A DNA stretch of 64,000 nt from Paramoeba atlantica (taxonomy: Eukaryota; Protista; Discosea). Both the position numbers and the translations under genes were made by a program. Position 1 is the first letter of the stretch. Every line of letters starts with the position of its first letter. The DNA is taken from the NCBI GenBank assembly GCA_977017575.1, contig CDRNVI010000145.1, positions 1 through 64,000 of the forward strand, written 5' to 3'. Below the pieces are notes generated by a model. The model saw nothing but the letters and a program-made list of their open reading frames with translations. It had not been told where the DNA came from and did not search any database. Below are positions 37,680-51,624 of this stretch, piece by piece.

Positions 37680-40600
37680 TCATTGTCGTTTTGCAGGTTT
37701 AATTGTACCATCAATGCGAGTGTATTCCTATCCAAAAATTGCAAAGAATTGCTTAGTTGTTGGGATTCAAAAATAATGAGAAAAAGAAAAAGAAAAACCT
37801 TCAAAAACTGCTTCACTGGTTGAGAGTAGGTGGTGTCTGCTGGTGTTTGTCCCTAAATATTTACATATTTCCAAATATCAAACAGAGAACAGAGATTCAT
37901 CAAAAAAGTCAATCAATAAATCAAAGAGAAAATAACAAAGTATGTGTTGATTTCAGGATCAGCACCATATTCACACAAAAGTTTCACCATCTCCATCAGA
38001 TTCTTTTTTGCAGCCAGGTGGAGCGCGGTACCCCCCTCCTATTATTTTGGGTTGATGAATTGTTCCCAAAAAAGAAAGAAATGAGAAAAACCTCGTTTGC
38101 TTTGTTGATTTGAACACCATTTTTCAGCAAATATAAAATAATTTCATTGGTTATCTCAGGAGATTGTAAACAGAGGAGATCCATGAGAGGGGTGCGACCC
38201 TTCAAAAAATGAAAGATTAAAATGACTCAGAAAAACCATTGAAAAAAATTAAATTAGAAAATACTTGATAGATTTCATTTACATCTGCTCCTTTTTCAAC
38301 TAAGAGCTTAACAACTGGTAAAGTAACAGAATAGGAACCACAAACTTGATGAAGAACACTCTGTCCCTGTTTTTCCAAAACCAAATTGATGGTAAATTGA
38401 AAGAAAGAAAAAAAAGAAAGAAGAGAGGGAAGTGATCAAAAAAAAACCAACAAACTTGAACAATGAGATGTGCTCCATTTTGTAATAATAATTCAACAAG
38501 ATCCAATAATTGGCTCTTACATGCAAGAGTCAGAGGTGATCGACCATTCTGTGGTGATGTGAGACTTTTGAAAAAGACAAAGAGAAAAGAAATTTCAAAG
38601 TTTTTGAAAAAAAAAAAGAAAAAAAGAGAATACAAATTGAGTGTGAACTCCATTGATTGGACAATTTTTAGAAATCAAAAATTGAGCCAAATCAAATTTC
38701 CCTTTTTCACTTGCAAAACATAAAGGTCCAACATTCAATTCCTGGTGTGTGTGGAGATAAAAAAAGGTATGAAAAAAAGGGGAGGTGGGGTGGTGAATTG
38801 TGAATAGTGTGTTGAAAACAGAAAAATTGTTCACAAATAATAAAAAATACCTCTTTCATATTCTCCAATAAATAAGAGATTACATCCATGTGGCCCTCTT
38901 CACATGCCAAGACAAGACCATCACTGTTCCCAACCTTAAGTCGAGCACCATGTTTGGTGAAGAAAGAAACAATTTTAAGATCTCCCAATTTACATGCAAT
39001 GTGAAAGGGGGTCATGCTGATCTGTAATAATTTGAGAGAGGAAATTTTAAAATCAATTTTTTTCCTTTTCACAAATTAAAAAATCAAAAAGAGAGAAAAC
39101 AAACTCGATTTTTAAAAAAGATTGAAGCACCTCTTTCCACCAATAAAGTAACAATGTCAAAATGACCTCCCTCAGTTGCCTCAAACAAAGCTGTCTTTTC
39201 CTTTTTGTTTCACAAAAGTTGATTTCAATAAATCGTCAAAGAAATCTCAAACAAGAGAGAAAAGAAAAAAAGAAAAAAACCTCTTTTCCTTGTTGATCAA
39301 TCTGAAGATCTTCTCTTTCCAAAAAACTTTTGACAATCTCAAAATTCCCTTTACGACAAGCAACATGCCATGGAGACATTTCATTCTAAAACAACAAAAG
39401 AGATCAATTCCTCTTTCTCCTCCTGCCTCCAACATAAAAAAAAAGAGAGACATTCAAAAAATAAAAACATACTTTTGAAATAAAATTTGGATTAGCACCC
39501 TTTTCAAAAAGGAAATGAACCATTTTGATATCATCCCCCAAAACTGCAACATCTAAAGGGCTCCAACCCTATCAAAAAAAAGAGAGGAAGATATTGAAAA
39601 ATGAGTTCTTTTCTCAAAAACTTTGAAAGTTGAGAAGGAGAAAAAAGGGGTATGGAAGAAAAAAGAACATTTGGTAAAGAAAAGTTGATATTTGCGCCTT
39701 TGTTGATCAAAAATTGTGCCATTTCGATATCCCCTCTTTCACAAACACGACACAAAGGAGTTTCAGTTCTCTGGCAAAAAAAAACGAGATTCGGAAAGAT
39801 AAGTTTTTTTTCCAAACATTCATTCAAAATGAAAAGAATCAAAATTTTACATTTGTTGACCAATCCATCTTCGCTTTGTTGTCAATCAAAAGATTTGCCA
39901 TTTCAAAGTCTCTCCTTTCACAACAAATCCACAAAGGGCTTTCACCTCCCTGTTCAAACAAAAGGGAACTTAAAAAAAATGGAAAGATCAAAAGAGATCT
40001 ATTTGATATGAGGAGAGAAAGAAAGAAAGAGAGAAAGAAAGAGAGAGACCCTCTTTGCTTGGTCGACCCGAGCTCCTTTTTCGATCAAAAATTTGGCAAT
40101 TTCAAAATGTCCTTTTTCACAAACTGAAGATAATGCAGTCTTTTTTCCTGCCAAAATCTGTTGCCAAAAAAGAAGAGAAATTGAGTTGAACATTGAAAAT
40201 GTGAGAAGAAAAAAAAAGAGAGATGACTTACTGAAATTGGATGAAGAGAAGAGCCTTTCTCAAAAAGAAACTGAACTATTTCAAGATTCCCAAATTCACA
40301 AGCAATAATCAATGGATCTGATCCATCCTTCAAAAACCACAACAATCAATCAATCAATCATCAAACTTTCTCTCTCCTCAAAAAAAAGACACAAAAAAAG
40401 AAAGAGAGAAAAACTTGAGCAAGACTATGAAGGGGAGCTCCATTTTCAATCAACAAAGTGATCATCTTTAAGTCTCCTTTTTCACAAGCTCTCATCAAAG
40501 GAGTAATCCCTTTCTTTTCTCAAAACTTTCAAATCAATATCACAACACACAGACACAGACATACACAGATCATCACCAGAGATGAAGATATGAACAAAAA

Positions 40601-40735
40601 AAGAAAGGAGAGAGAGACTGAACAAACCTGGTATCTTGGAGCTTGAGGGACAGCTACTTTTTGATTCAAAAGGAGTTGTTGAACCTTTCCATAATCCCCC
40701 TCTTCCACAGCTTCAAACAATTGGTGATCTGCCAT
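37680..40735 (-). CDS. Ankyrin repeat protein, copy A (~17 exons, ~16 repeats; tail truncated by frameshift)
   Basis: Exons such as GITPLMRACEKGDLKMITLLIENGA and MTPFHIACKLGDLKIVSFF; ATG 40735; TGA at 37680-37682. Confidence 0.88.
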
Positions 40736-41029
40736 TCCCCCTCTCTCTTTCTATCTCACCAAAAAAACAAACTTCTCAACCAAAAGAAAGAAAAGAAAAA
40801 GGAAAATGGCAAGTGGACATCAATTTCATCTTCTAAATAAGGAAATATACAAATAAGAAAAATTCCAAATATGACCCTTTTTTTTCTCTTCATTTTTCAT
40901 TTTCTCTTCTTGTTCTGAAATGGTCATCTTATTTTGGTTTCCATTTTATTGTCTCTCCCCTCCCTCTCCCTCTCCACCACCCCAAATAAAATAAACAATT
41001 TCTTTTTTGAAAAAAGGAGATTTCCTTTT

Positions 41030-44000
41030 TCAAGCTAAATTCATTTGAGGTTTTTTGAATTCAATTTCATCACCAAAACCACATTCATCTCCAATCTTTC
41101 TCTTTTTACTTTCTCTTTCTTCTCCTTCTTCTCCTTCTTCTCCTTCTTCTCTTTGTTCTTCTCCTTCTTCTCTTTGTTCTTCTTTTCCATTTGATTCAAT
41201 CTTTTCATTCCCTTCTCGTTTTGCAGGTTTAATTGAACCATCAATGTGAATGTATTCCTATCCAAAAATTGTGAAAAATTCTTTGCGAATTTCAAAAATA
41301 ATGAGAAAAAGAAAAAGAAAAACCTTCAAAAACCTCTTCACTCGTGGATGGGGGGTGGAGTTTGCTGGTGTTAGTCCCTAAAAACAGTTAAAAATATCAA
41401 AAAAAAGAGATTCATCAAAAAAAGTGAATCAATAAATCAAAGAAGAACATAGTTATTTTTGATTTCAGGATCAGCACCATATTCACACAAAAGTTTCACT
41501 ATCTCCAACTGTCCCTTGTGCAGCTGCATGGAGCGCAGTACTCCCATCCTATCATTTTGGGTTGAATGAATTGTTCCCAAAGAGTACCCCAAAAAACAAA
41601 GAAATGTGAAAAACCTCATTTGTTTTGTTGATTTGAACACCATTTTTCAACATAAATAAAACAACCTCTTTGATTGTCTGAAAAGTTTGACATCGGATAA
41701 GAACCATGAGAGGAGTGGAACCCTTTCAAAAAAAAAATGATTAAAATGATACTCAAAAACACCCATTCAAAAAATCAAATTAGAGAATACTTGATTGACT
41801 CCATTTACATCTGCTCCATTTTCAACTAAGAACTTAACAACTGGTAAATTATCAAAACGGGAACCACAAACTTGATGAAGAACACTCTGTCCCTGTTTTC
41901 CCAAAACCAAATTGATGGTAAATTGAAAGAAAAAAAAGAAAGAAAGAAGAGAGAGGATTATTTTGAGGAAAGTGATCAAAAAAACCAACAAACTTGAACA
42001 ATGAGATGTGCTCCATTTTGTAATAATAATTCTGCAATCTCCAAATTGTTTTGTACACATGCAAGAGTCAGAGGTGATTGATTTGCCTGTGATGATGTGA
42101 GGTTTTGAAAAAGACAAAGAGAAAAGAAGTTTCAAAGTTTTTGAAAAAGAAAAAGAAAAAAAAGAGAATACAAATTGAGTGTGAACTCCATTGATTGGAC
42201 AATTTTTAGAAATCAAAAATTGAGCCAAATCAAATTTCCCTTTTTCACTTGCAAAACATAAAGCTCCAACATTCAATTCCTGGTGTGTGTGTGGAGATAA
42301 AAAAAGGTAAAAAAAGGGGGGAGTGGTGAATTGTGAATATTGTGTTGAAAACAGAAAAATTGTTCACAAATAATAAAAAAGCTACCTTTTTCATATTCTC
42401 CAATAAATAAGAGATTACATCCATGTTACCACCTGGACAGGCCAACATAAGACCATCACTGAACCCAACCTTAAATTGAGCACCATGTTTTGTGAAGAAA
42501 GAAACAATTTTAAGGTTTCCAAAAAAACATGCAATGTGAAAGGGGGTATGTGAAGTCCTCTGTAACAATTTTAGAGAGAAATTTTAAAATCAATTCTGTT
42601 CATTTTTCCAAATAAAATTTTTAGAGAGAATTGTTCAAAAAATAAAAAAATCAAAAAGAGAAAACAGACTTGATTAACAAAATTGATTGAAGCACCTCTT
42701 TCCACCAATAAAGTAATAAGGTCAAAATGACCTCCCTCAGTTGCCTCATACAAAGCTGTCTTTCCCTTTTTGTTTCACAAAAGTTGATTTCAAAATCATC
42801 AAAGAAATCTCAAACAAGAGAGAAAAGAAAAAAAGAAAAACCTGGTTTCCTAGTTGATCAATCTGAAGATCTTCTATCTTCAGAAAACTTTTGACAATCT
42901 CTAAATTCCCTTTTTGACAAGCAACGTGAAATGGAGACATTTCATCCTAAAAATAAAATTCATAAATTCCTCTTTTCCCCCTCCCCCCTCCAACATAAAA
43001 AAGAGAGACATTCAAAAAATAAAAACATACTTTTGAAATAAAATTTGGATTAGCACCCTTTTCAAGAAGGAAAAGAACCATTTTGATATCATTCTCCAAA
43101 ACTGCAATACATAAAGGACTCCAACCCTACCAAGAAGAGATGAAAATATTTAAACTGAGTTCTTTTTTTCAAAAACTTTGAAAGTTGAGAAAGAGAAAAA
43201 ATAACAATGGTTGTGGGAGACAAAACACCTTGTTGTAAGGAAAAGTTGATATTTGCACCTTTGTTGATCAATAATTGTGCCATTTCAAAATCCCCTCTTT
43301 TACAAGCACAACAAAAAGAAGTTTCTCCTTCCTGCCCCCCCCGCCCCCAAAAAAAAGAAGAAGATTGGTAAAGATTAGTTTTTTTTGTGAAAACATCCAA
43401 AAAACTGAAGAAAAACTTTACATTTGTTGACCAATCCACTTTGGCTTTGTTGTCAATCAAAAGATTTGCCATTTTAATGTCTCCCCTTTCACAACAAATC
43501 CACAAAGGGCTTTTCCCTCCCTGTTCAAACAAATGGGAACTTTAAAGAATGGAAACATGAATAAACGAGGAGAAAGAAAGAGAGAAAGAGAGAAAGAAAG
43601 AGAGAGAGAAACCATCGTTGTTTGATCTACTGTGGCTCCTTTTTCAATCAAAAATTTGGCAATTTCAAAATATCCTTTTTCACAAACTGAAGATAATGCA
43701 GTCTTCTTTGGTTTTTGCTACAATCAAATAAAAATAAAAGAAGAAGAATTGAGTTGAACACACATAACAATCAATATGAAAAAATGTGATGAGAAAAAAA
43801 AGATGATTTACCGAAATTGGCTGAAGAGAAGAGCCTTTCTCAAAAAGAAATTGAACAATTTCAAGATTCCCAAATTCACAAGCAATAATAAATGGATCTG
43901 ATCCACCCTTCAAACACAACAACAAAAGAGACAATCAATCATCAAAATTTTCTCCTCCCAACAAAAGGAAAAAGAAAGAGAAAAAAACCTCAGCAGCAAG

Positions 44001-44245
44001 ACTCTTGAGGGAAGCACCATTTTCAATCAACAAAGTGATCATCTTTAAGTCTCCTTTTTCACAAGCTCTCATCAAAGGAGTAAACCCTTTCTTTTCTCAA
44101 AACTTTCAGATCAATATCACAACTCAACACACACAGAGACAACAGAATCATCACCAGAGAAATAATCAGGATAAAAAAAGAAAAGAAGATGAACCTTTTC
44201 AAAATCCCCTCCTTCCACAACTTCAAACAATTGGAGGTCTGCCAT
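41030..44245 (-). CDS. Ankyrin repeat protein, copy B (shortened first exon)
   Basis: Same exon series; ATG 44245 MADLQLFEAVEGGDFEK; stop at 41030-41032. Confidence 0.8.
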
Positions 44246-44524
44246 TTCCTTCTCTCTCTCTCTCTTTCTCCTCTCTCTTTCTCCTCACCCAAAACAAAAC
44301 GGGTTCCCTGGAAGGAACCCGAAAACAAAAAAAGCAACTTGCTCCTTCTTTTTAGAAAACTGAATTTAGCCATTTTCATGATTTCCTCCTCTTTTTGATT
44401 TTCATTTTCTCTCTCTCTCTTTGTTTTGAAATTGTCACCTTATTCTTTATTTTTCGGTTTATTACCTCTTTCCCCCACCACCCAAATAAACAAATTCTTT
44501 TTTTGAAAAAGAAGATTTCCTTTT

Positions 44525-47500
44525 TCAATTTTGTGGAGCTAATTCATCACCAAAACCACATTCATCTCCAATCTTTCTCTTTTTACTTTCTCTTTCTTCT
44601 CCTTCTCCTCTTTTCTCTTTTCCTCCTTCTCTTTGTTCTTCTTTTCCATTTGATTCAACCTTTTCATTCCCTTCTCGTTTTGCAGGTTTAATTGAACCAT
44701 CAATGTGAATGTATTTCTATTCGAAAATTGTGTTTCAATTCTTTGAGAATTTCAAAAAGAATGAGAAAAAGAAAAAGAAAAACCTTAAAAAACCTCTTCA
44801 CTGATTGATAGTAGGTGGTGTCTGCTGGTGTTTGTCCCTAAAATATTTCAAACAAATCAAAAATAAGAGGTTCATCAAAAAAATAAATAAATAAATCAAA
44901 GAAAAAAGAACCAAGTTATTTTTGATTTCAGGATCAGCACCATATTCACACAAAAGTTTCACTATCTCCAATTCACCCCTACTTGCAGCCACATGGAGCG
45001 CAGTACTCCCATCCTACCATTTTGGATTGATGAATTGTTCCCAAAGAGTACCCCCAAAAACAAAGAAATGTGAAAAACCTCATTTGTTTTGTTGATTTGA
45101 ACACCATTTTTCAACAAAAATAAAATAATCTCATTTTGTCGACCAGGCCTAAGGAGAGTCATGGGAGTGGAACCCTTTCAAAAAAAATGATTAAAATGAT
45201 ACTCAAAAACACCCATTGAAAAAACTCAAATTAGAAAATACTTGATTGATTTCATTTACATCTGCTCCATTTTCAACTAAGAGCTTAACAGCTGGTAAAG
45301 TAACAGAATAGGAATCACAAACTTGATGAAGAATACTCTTTCCCTGTTTTCCCCAAAACCAAATTGATGGTAAATTGAAAGAAAAAAAGAAAGAAAAAAG
45401 AGAGAGGATTGTTTTGAGGAAAGTGAGCAAAAACCAACAAACTTGAACAATGAGATGTGCTCCATTTTGTAATAATAATTCTGCAATATCTAAATTGTTG
45501 TTTATACATGCAAGAGCCAGAGGTGAATAACCCTCCTGTGGTGATGAAAATTTTTAATAAGACAAAGAGAAAAGAAATTTCAAAGTTTTTGAAAAAAGAA
45601 AAAGAAAAAAAGAGAATACAAATAGCTTGTGAACTCCGTTGATTGGACAATTTTTAGAAATCAAAAATTGAGCCAAATCAAATTTCCCTTTTTCACTTGC
45701 AAAACATAAAGGTCCAACATTCAATTCCTGGTGTGTGTGGAGATAAAAAAGGTAAAAAAAAGGGGGAGTGGTTGTGAATTGTGAATATTGTGTTGAAAAC
45801 AGAAAAATTGTTCACAAAGAATAAAAAAATACCTCTTTCATATTCTCCAATAAATAAGAGATTACATTCATGTGACCCCCTTCACATGCACGGACAAGAC
45901 CATCACTGTACCCAACTTGAAGTTGAGCACCATGTTTGGTGAAGAAAGAAACAATTTTAAGATCTCCTAATTTACATGCAATGGAAAAAGGGGTTCTGTG
46001 GAGCTGTAACAATTTTTAAAGAGAAATGTTCAAACAATAAAAAATCAAAAAGAGAGAAAACAGACTTGATTGAGAAAATTGATTGAAGCACCTCTTTCCA
46101 CCAATAAAGTAATAATGTCAAAATGACCTCCCTCAGTTGCCTCACACAAAGCTGTCTTTCCCTTTTTGTTTCACAAAAGTTGATTTCAATAAATTATCAA
46201 AGAAATCTCAAACAAGAGAAGAGAAAAAAAAAAAACCAGATTTCCTGGCTGATCAATCTGAAGATCTTCTATTTTCAGAAAAGGTTTGACAATCTCTAAA
46301 TTCCCTTTTTGACAGGCAATGTGAAAGGGAGACATTCGATCCTAAAATGACAAAAGGACAAAATAGAATTCATCAATTCCTCTTTCTCCCCCTCCCCCCT
46401 CCAACATAAATATAAAGAAGAGACATTCAAAAAATAAAAAACATACTATTGAAAGAACATTTGGCTTAGCACCCTTTTCAAGAAGGAAAAGAACCATTTT
46501 GATATCATTCTCCAAAACTGCAACACATAAAGGACTCCAACCCTACCAAAAAGAGAGAATTAAAGGAAATCTCTTTTGTTTCAGAAATCAATTGTGAAAA
46601 CTTTGAAAGTTGAGAAAGAGAAAAAATAACAATGGGTGTGGGAGAATAAACCCCTCGTTGTAAAGAAAAGTTGATATTTGCACCTTTGTTGATCAAAAAT
46701 TGTGCCATTTCAAAATCCCCTCTTTTACAAGCACAACAAAAAGAAGTTTCTCCTTCCTGTTCCCCCGCCCCCCCAAAAAAATAAGAAGATTGGTAAAGAT
46801 TAGTTTTTTGAAAACGTTCAAAAAAAACATTCAAAAAAACTTTACATTTGTTGACCAATCCACTTTTGCTTTGTTGTCAATCAAAAGATTTGCCATTTCA
46901 AAGTCTCTCCTTTCACAACAAATCCACAAAGGGCTTTTCCCTCCCTGTTCAAACAAATGGGAACTTTAAAGAATGAAAACATGAACCAATGAGGAGAGAA
47001 GGAGAGAAAGAGAGAAAGAGAGAAAGAGAGAAAGAAAGAGAGAAACTGTTGTTGTTTGGTCTACTTTGGCTCCTTTTTCAATCAAAAATTTGGCAATTTC
47101 AAAATATCCTTTTTCACAAACTGAAGATAATGCAGTCTTCTTTGGCTTTTGCTACACCGAATAAAAATAAAAGAAGAAGAATTGAGTTGAACACAACAAG
47201 CAATGAAAAATGGGATGAGAAAAAAAGAGAAAAATGATTTACTGATGATTGAAGAAGAGAAGAGCCTTTCTCAAAAAGAAACTGAGCTATTTCAAGATTC
47301 CCAAATTCACAAGCACTAATCAATGGATCTGATCCATCCTTCAAAACCATCACAACAGAGACAATCAATCATCAAACTTTCACTCATCACCAAAAAAAAG
47401 GAGAAAAAGAAAGAGAAAAAAACCTCAGCAGGAGGGCTCTCAAGGGAAGCACCATTTTCAATCAACAAAGTGATCATCTTTAAGTCTCCTTTTTCACAAG

Positions 47501-47743
47501 CTCTCATCAAAGGAGTAAACCCTTTCTTTTCTCAAAACTTTCAGATCAATATCACAACTCAACACACACACAGAGACAACAGAATCATCACCAGAGAGGA
47601 TAATGATAAAAAGAAGAAGAAAAGAAGATGATCACCTGGCGTCTTGGAGCTTGATTGACATCGACTCTCCGACTCAAAAGAAGTCGTTTGACTTTTTCAC
47701 AATCTCCCCCTTCCACAGCTTCAAACAATTGGCGGTCTGTCAT
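44525..47743 (-). CDS. Ankyrin repeat protein, copy C
   Basis: ATG 47743 MTDRQLFEAVEGGD; same exon series; stop at 44525-44527. Confidence 0.85.
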
Positions 47744-48075
47744 TTCCCCTCTCTCTTTCTCTCTTTCTCTCTTTCTCTCTTTCTCTCTTTTCTCTTTCTC
47801 TTTCTCTTTCTCCTCTTTGGCACCCGAAAAATACTTTTCTTTTTTGGAGCACTAAAATTTAGCGGTGCTCATTTCTTCATTTTCTTTTTCTCTCACCTCT
47901 TCTCTTCTCTTTTTCTCTGTCCTTCTCTCTCTCTCTCCTAGGTATGAAATTGGGATCTTATTTTTTATTTTTCTATTTTATTATTTCCCCCTCTCCCCCC
48001 CACACCACCACACCCAAATAAAATAAACAAATTCTTTTTGAAAAAAGAAGATTTCCTTTTTCAATTTTGTGGAGG

Positions 48076-51000
48076 TTAATCCATTCGAGCTTTTTTGAAT
48101 TCAATTTCATCACCACCAAAACCACATTCATCTCTAATCTTTCTCTTTTTACTTTCTCCTTCTTCTCCTTCTTCTCCTTCTCTTTGTTCTTCTTTTCCAT
48201 TTGATTCAATCTTTTCATTCCCATCTCGTTTTGCAGGTTTAATTGAACCATCAATGTGAATGAATTCCTATTCAAAAAATTGTGTTTCAATTCTTTGAGA
48301 ATTTCAAAAAGAATGAGAAAAAGAAAAAGAAAAACCTTAAAAAACTTCTTCACTGGTTGAGAAGAGGTGATGTCTGCTGGTGTTTGTCCCTAAAATATTT
48401 TGAAAATATCAAAAAAAAGAGATTCATCAAAAAAAATAAATCAATAAATCAAAGAAAAATGAACCTGCTTATTTTTGATTTCAGGATCAGCACCATATTC
48501 ACACAAAAGTTTCACCATCTCCAACTTACCCCCATGTGCAGCCACATGGAGCGCAGTACTTCCATCCTACCATTTTGGGTTGAATGAATTGTTCCCAAAG
48601 AGTACCCCAAAAACAAAGAAATGAGAAAAACCTCATTTGTTTTGTTGATTTCAACACCATTTTTCAACATAAATAAAATACGCTCATTGGCTGATCGAAA
48701 ATGTTGAAATTGGATAATAGTCATGAGAGGGGTGCGACCCTTCAAAAAAAAAAGGTTTAAAATGAGACTCAAAAACACCCATTCAAAAAAAATCAAATTA
48801 GAAAATACTTGATAGATTTCATTTACATCTGCTCCATTTTCAACTAAGAGCTTAACAATTGGTAAAGTAACAGAAGAGGAACCACAAACTTGATGAAGAA
48901 TACTCTTTCCCTGTTTTTCCAAAACCAAATTGATGGTAAATTGAAAGAAAGAAAAAAAAGAAAGAAAAAAGAGAGAGGATTGTTTTGAGGAAAGTTATTC
49001 AAAAAACCAACAAACTTGAACAATGAAATGTGCTCCATTTTGTAATAATAATTCTGCAATATCCAAATTGTTGTGCAGACATGCAAGAGTCAGAGGTGAT
49101 CGATTTGACTATGGTGATGTGAGACTTTGAATAAGACAAAGAGAAAAGAAATTACAAAGTTTTTGAAAAAAAAAAAAAAAAAGAGAATACAAATAAGCGA
49201 CTGTGAACTCCATTGATTGGACAATTTTTAGAAATCAAAAATTGAGCCAAATCAAATTTCCCATTGAGACTTGCAAAACATAAAGGTCCAACATTCAATT
49301 CCTGGTGTGTGGAGATAAAAAAGGTAAAAAAAAGGGGGTAGTGAGTTGTGAATTGTGAATATTGTGTTGAAAACAGAAAAATTGTTCACAAATAATAATA
49401 AAATACCTCTTTCATATTCTCCAATAAATAAGAGATTACATCCATGTGACCCTCTTCACATGCCAACACAAGACCATCACTGGACCTAACTTGAAGTTGA
49501 GCACCATGTTTGGTGAAGAAAGAAACAATTTTAAGATTTCCTAATTTGCATGCAATGGAAAAAGGGGTTCTGTGGAGCTGTCACAATTTTTAGAGAGAAA
49601 TGTTCAAACAATAAAAAATCAAAAAGAGAGAAAACAGACTTGATTGAGAAAATTGATTGAAGCACCTCTTTCCACCAATAAAGTTATAATGTCAAAATGA
49701 CCTCCCTCAGTTGCCTCACACAAAGCTGTCTTTCTCTTTTTTTTTCACAAAAGTTGATTTCAATAAATCATCAAAGAAATCTCAAACAAGAGAAAAGAAA
49801 AAAAGAAAAAACCTGGTTTCCTTGTTGATCAATCTGAAGATCTTCTATTTTCAAAAAAGTTTTGACAATCTCTAAATTCCCTTTTTGACAAGCAACATGC
49901 CATGGAGACATTTGATCCTAAAATAACAAAAGGACAAAATAGAATCCATAAATTCCTCTTTCTCCCCCTCCCCCCTCCAACATAAATATAAAAAGAGAGA
50001 CTTTTGAAAGAACATTTGGCTTAGCACCCTTTTCAAGAAGGAAATGAACCATTTTGATATCATTCTCCAAAACTGCAACACATAAAGGACTCCAACCCTA
50101 CCAAAAAAAGGTGAATTAAAGGAAATCTCTTTTGTTTCAGACATCAATTGTGAAAACTTTGAAAAATGAGAAAGAGAAAAAAAGGGGGTGTGGAAGAAAA
50201 AAATAACATTTCGTGAAGAAAAGTTGATATTTGCACCTTTGTTGATCAAAAATTGTGCCATTTCAAAATCCCCTCTTTTACAAGCACAACAAAAAGAAGT
50301 TTCTCCTTCCTGTTCCCCACCAAAAAATAAAAGATTAGTTTTTTTTGATGAAAACATTCAAAAAAACATTCAAAAAAACTTTACTTTTGTTGACCAATCC
50401 ACTTTTGCTTTGTTGTCAATCAAAAGATTTGCCATTTCAAAGTCTCTCCTTTCACAACAAATCCACAAAGGGCTTTTCCCTCCCTGTTCAAAAGTGATAA
50501 TTTTAAAAAAAACAAAAAGAAAGAGGAATCTAAAAATTGATTTGATATGAAGAGAGAAAGAGAAAGAAAGAAAGAAAGAAAGAGAAACTGTCTTTGTTTG
50601 GTCTACTGTGGCTCCTTTTTCAATCAAAAATTTGGCAATTTCAAAATATCCTTTTTCACAAACTGAAGATAATGCAGTCTTCTTTGGCTTTTGCTACCCC
50701 AAATAAAAAAAGAAGAAGAATTGAGTTGAACACACACCCATAACAATCAATGAAAAAATGGGATCAGAAAAAAAAAAGAGAGATGATTTACTGATGATTG
50801 AAGAAGAGAAGAGCCTTTCTCAAAAAGAAACTGAGCTATTTCAAGATTCCCAAATTCACAAGCACTAATCAATGGATCTGATCCATCCTTCAAAACCATC
50901 ACAACAGAGACAATCAATCATCAAACTTTCACTCATCACCAAAAAAAGGAGAAAAAGAAAGAGAAAAAAACCTCAGCAGGAGGGCTCTCAAGTGAAGCAC

Positions 51001-51292
51001 CATTTTCAATCAACAAAGTGATCATCTTTAAGTCTCCTTTTTCACAAGCTCTCATCAAAGGAGTAAACCCTTTCTTTTCTCAAAACTTTCAGATCAATAT
51101 CGCAACTCAACACACACACAGAGAGACACAGAATCATCACCAGAGAGGATAATGATAAAAAGAAGAAGAAAAGAAGATGATCACCTGGCGTCTTGGAGCT
51201 TGATTGACATCCACTCTCCGACCCAAAAGAAGTCGTTTGACTTTTTCACAATCTCCCCCTTCCACAGCTTCAAACAATTGGCGGTCTGTCAT
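48076..51292 (-). CDS. Ankyrin repeat protein, copy D
   Basis: ATG 51292; same exon series; TAA at 48076-48078. Confidence 0.85.
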
Positions 51293-51624
51293 TTCCCCTC
51301 TCTCTTTCTCTCTTTCTCTCTTTCTCTCTTTCTCTCTTTTCTCTTTCTCTTTCTCTTTCTCCTCTTTGGCACCCGAAAAATACTTTTCTTTTTTGGAGCA
51401 CTAAAATTTAGCGGTGCTCATTTCTTCATTTTCTTTTTCTCTCACCTCTTCTCTTCTCTTTTTCTCTGTCCTTCTCTCTCTCTCTCCTAGGTATGAAATT
51501 GGGATCTTATTTTTTATTTTTCTATTTTATTATTTCCCCCTCTCCCCCCCACACCACCACACCCAAATAAAATAAACAAATTCTTTTTGAAAAAAGAAGA
51601 TTTCCTTTTTCAATTTTGTGGAGG

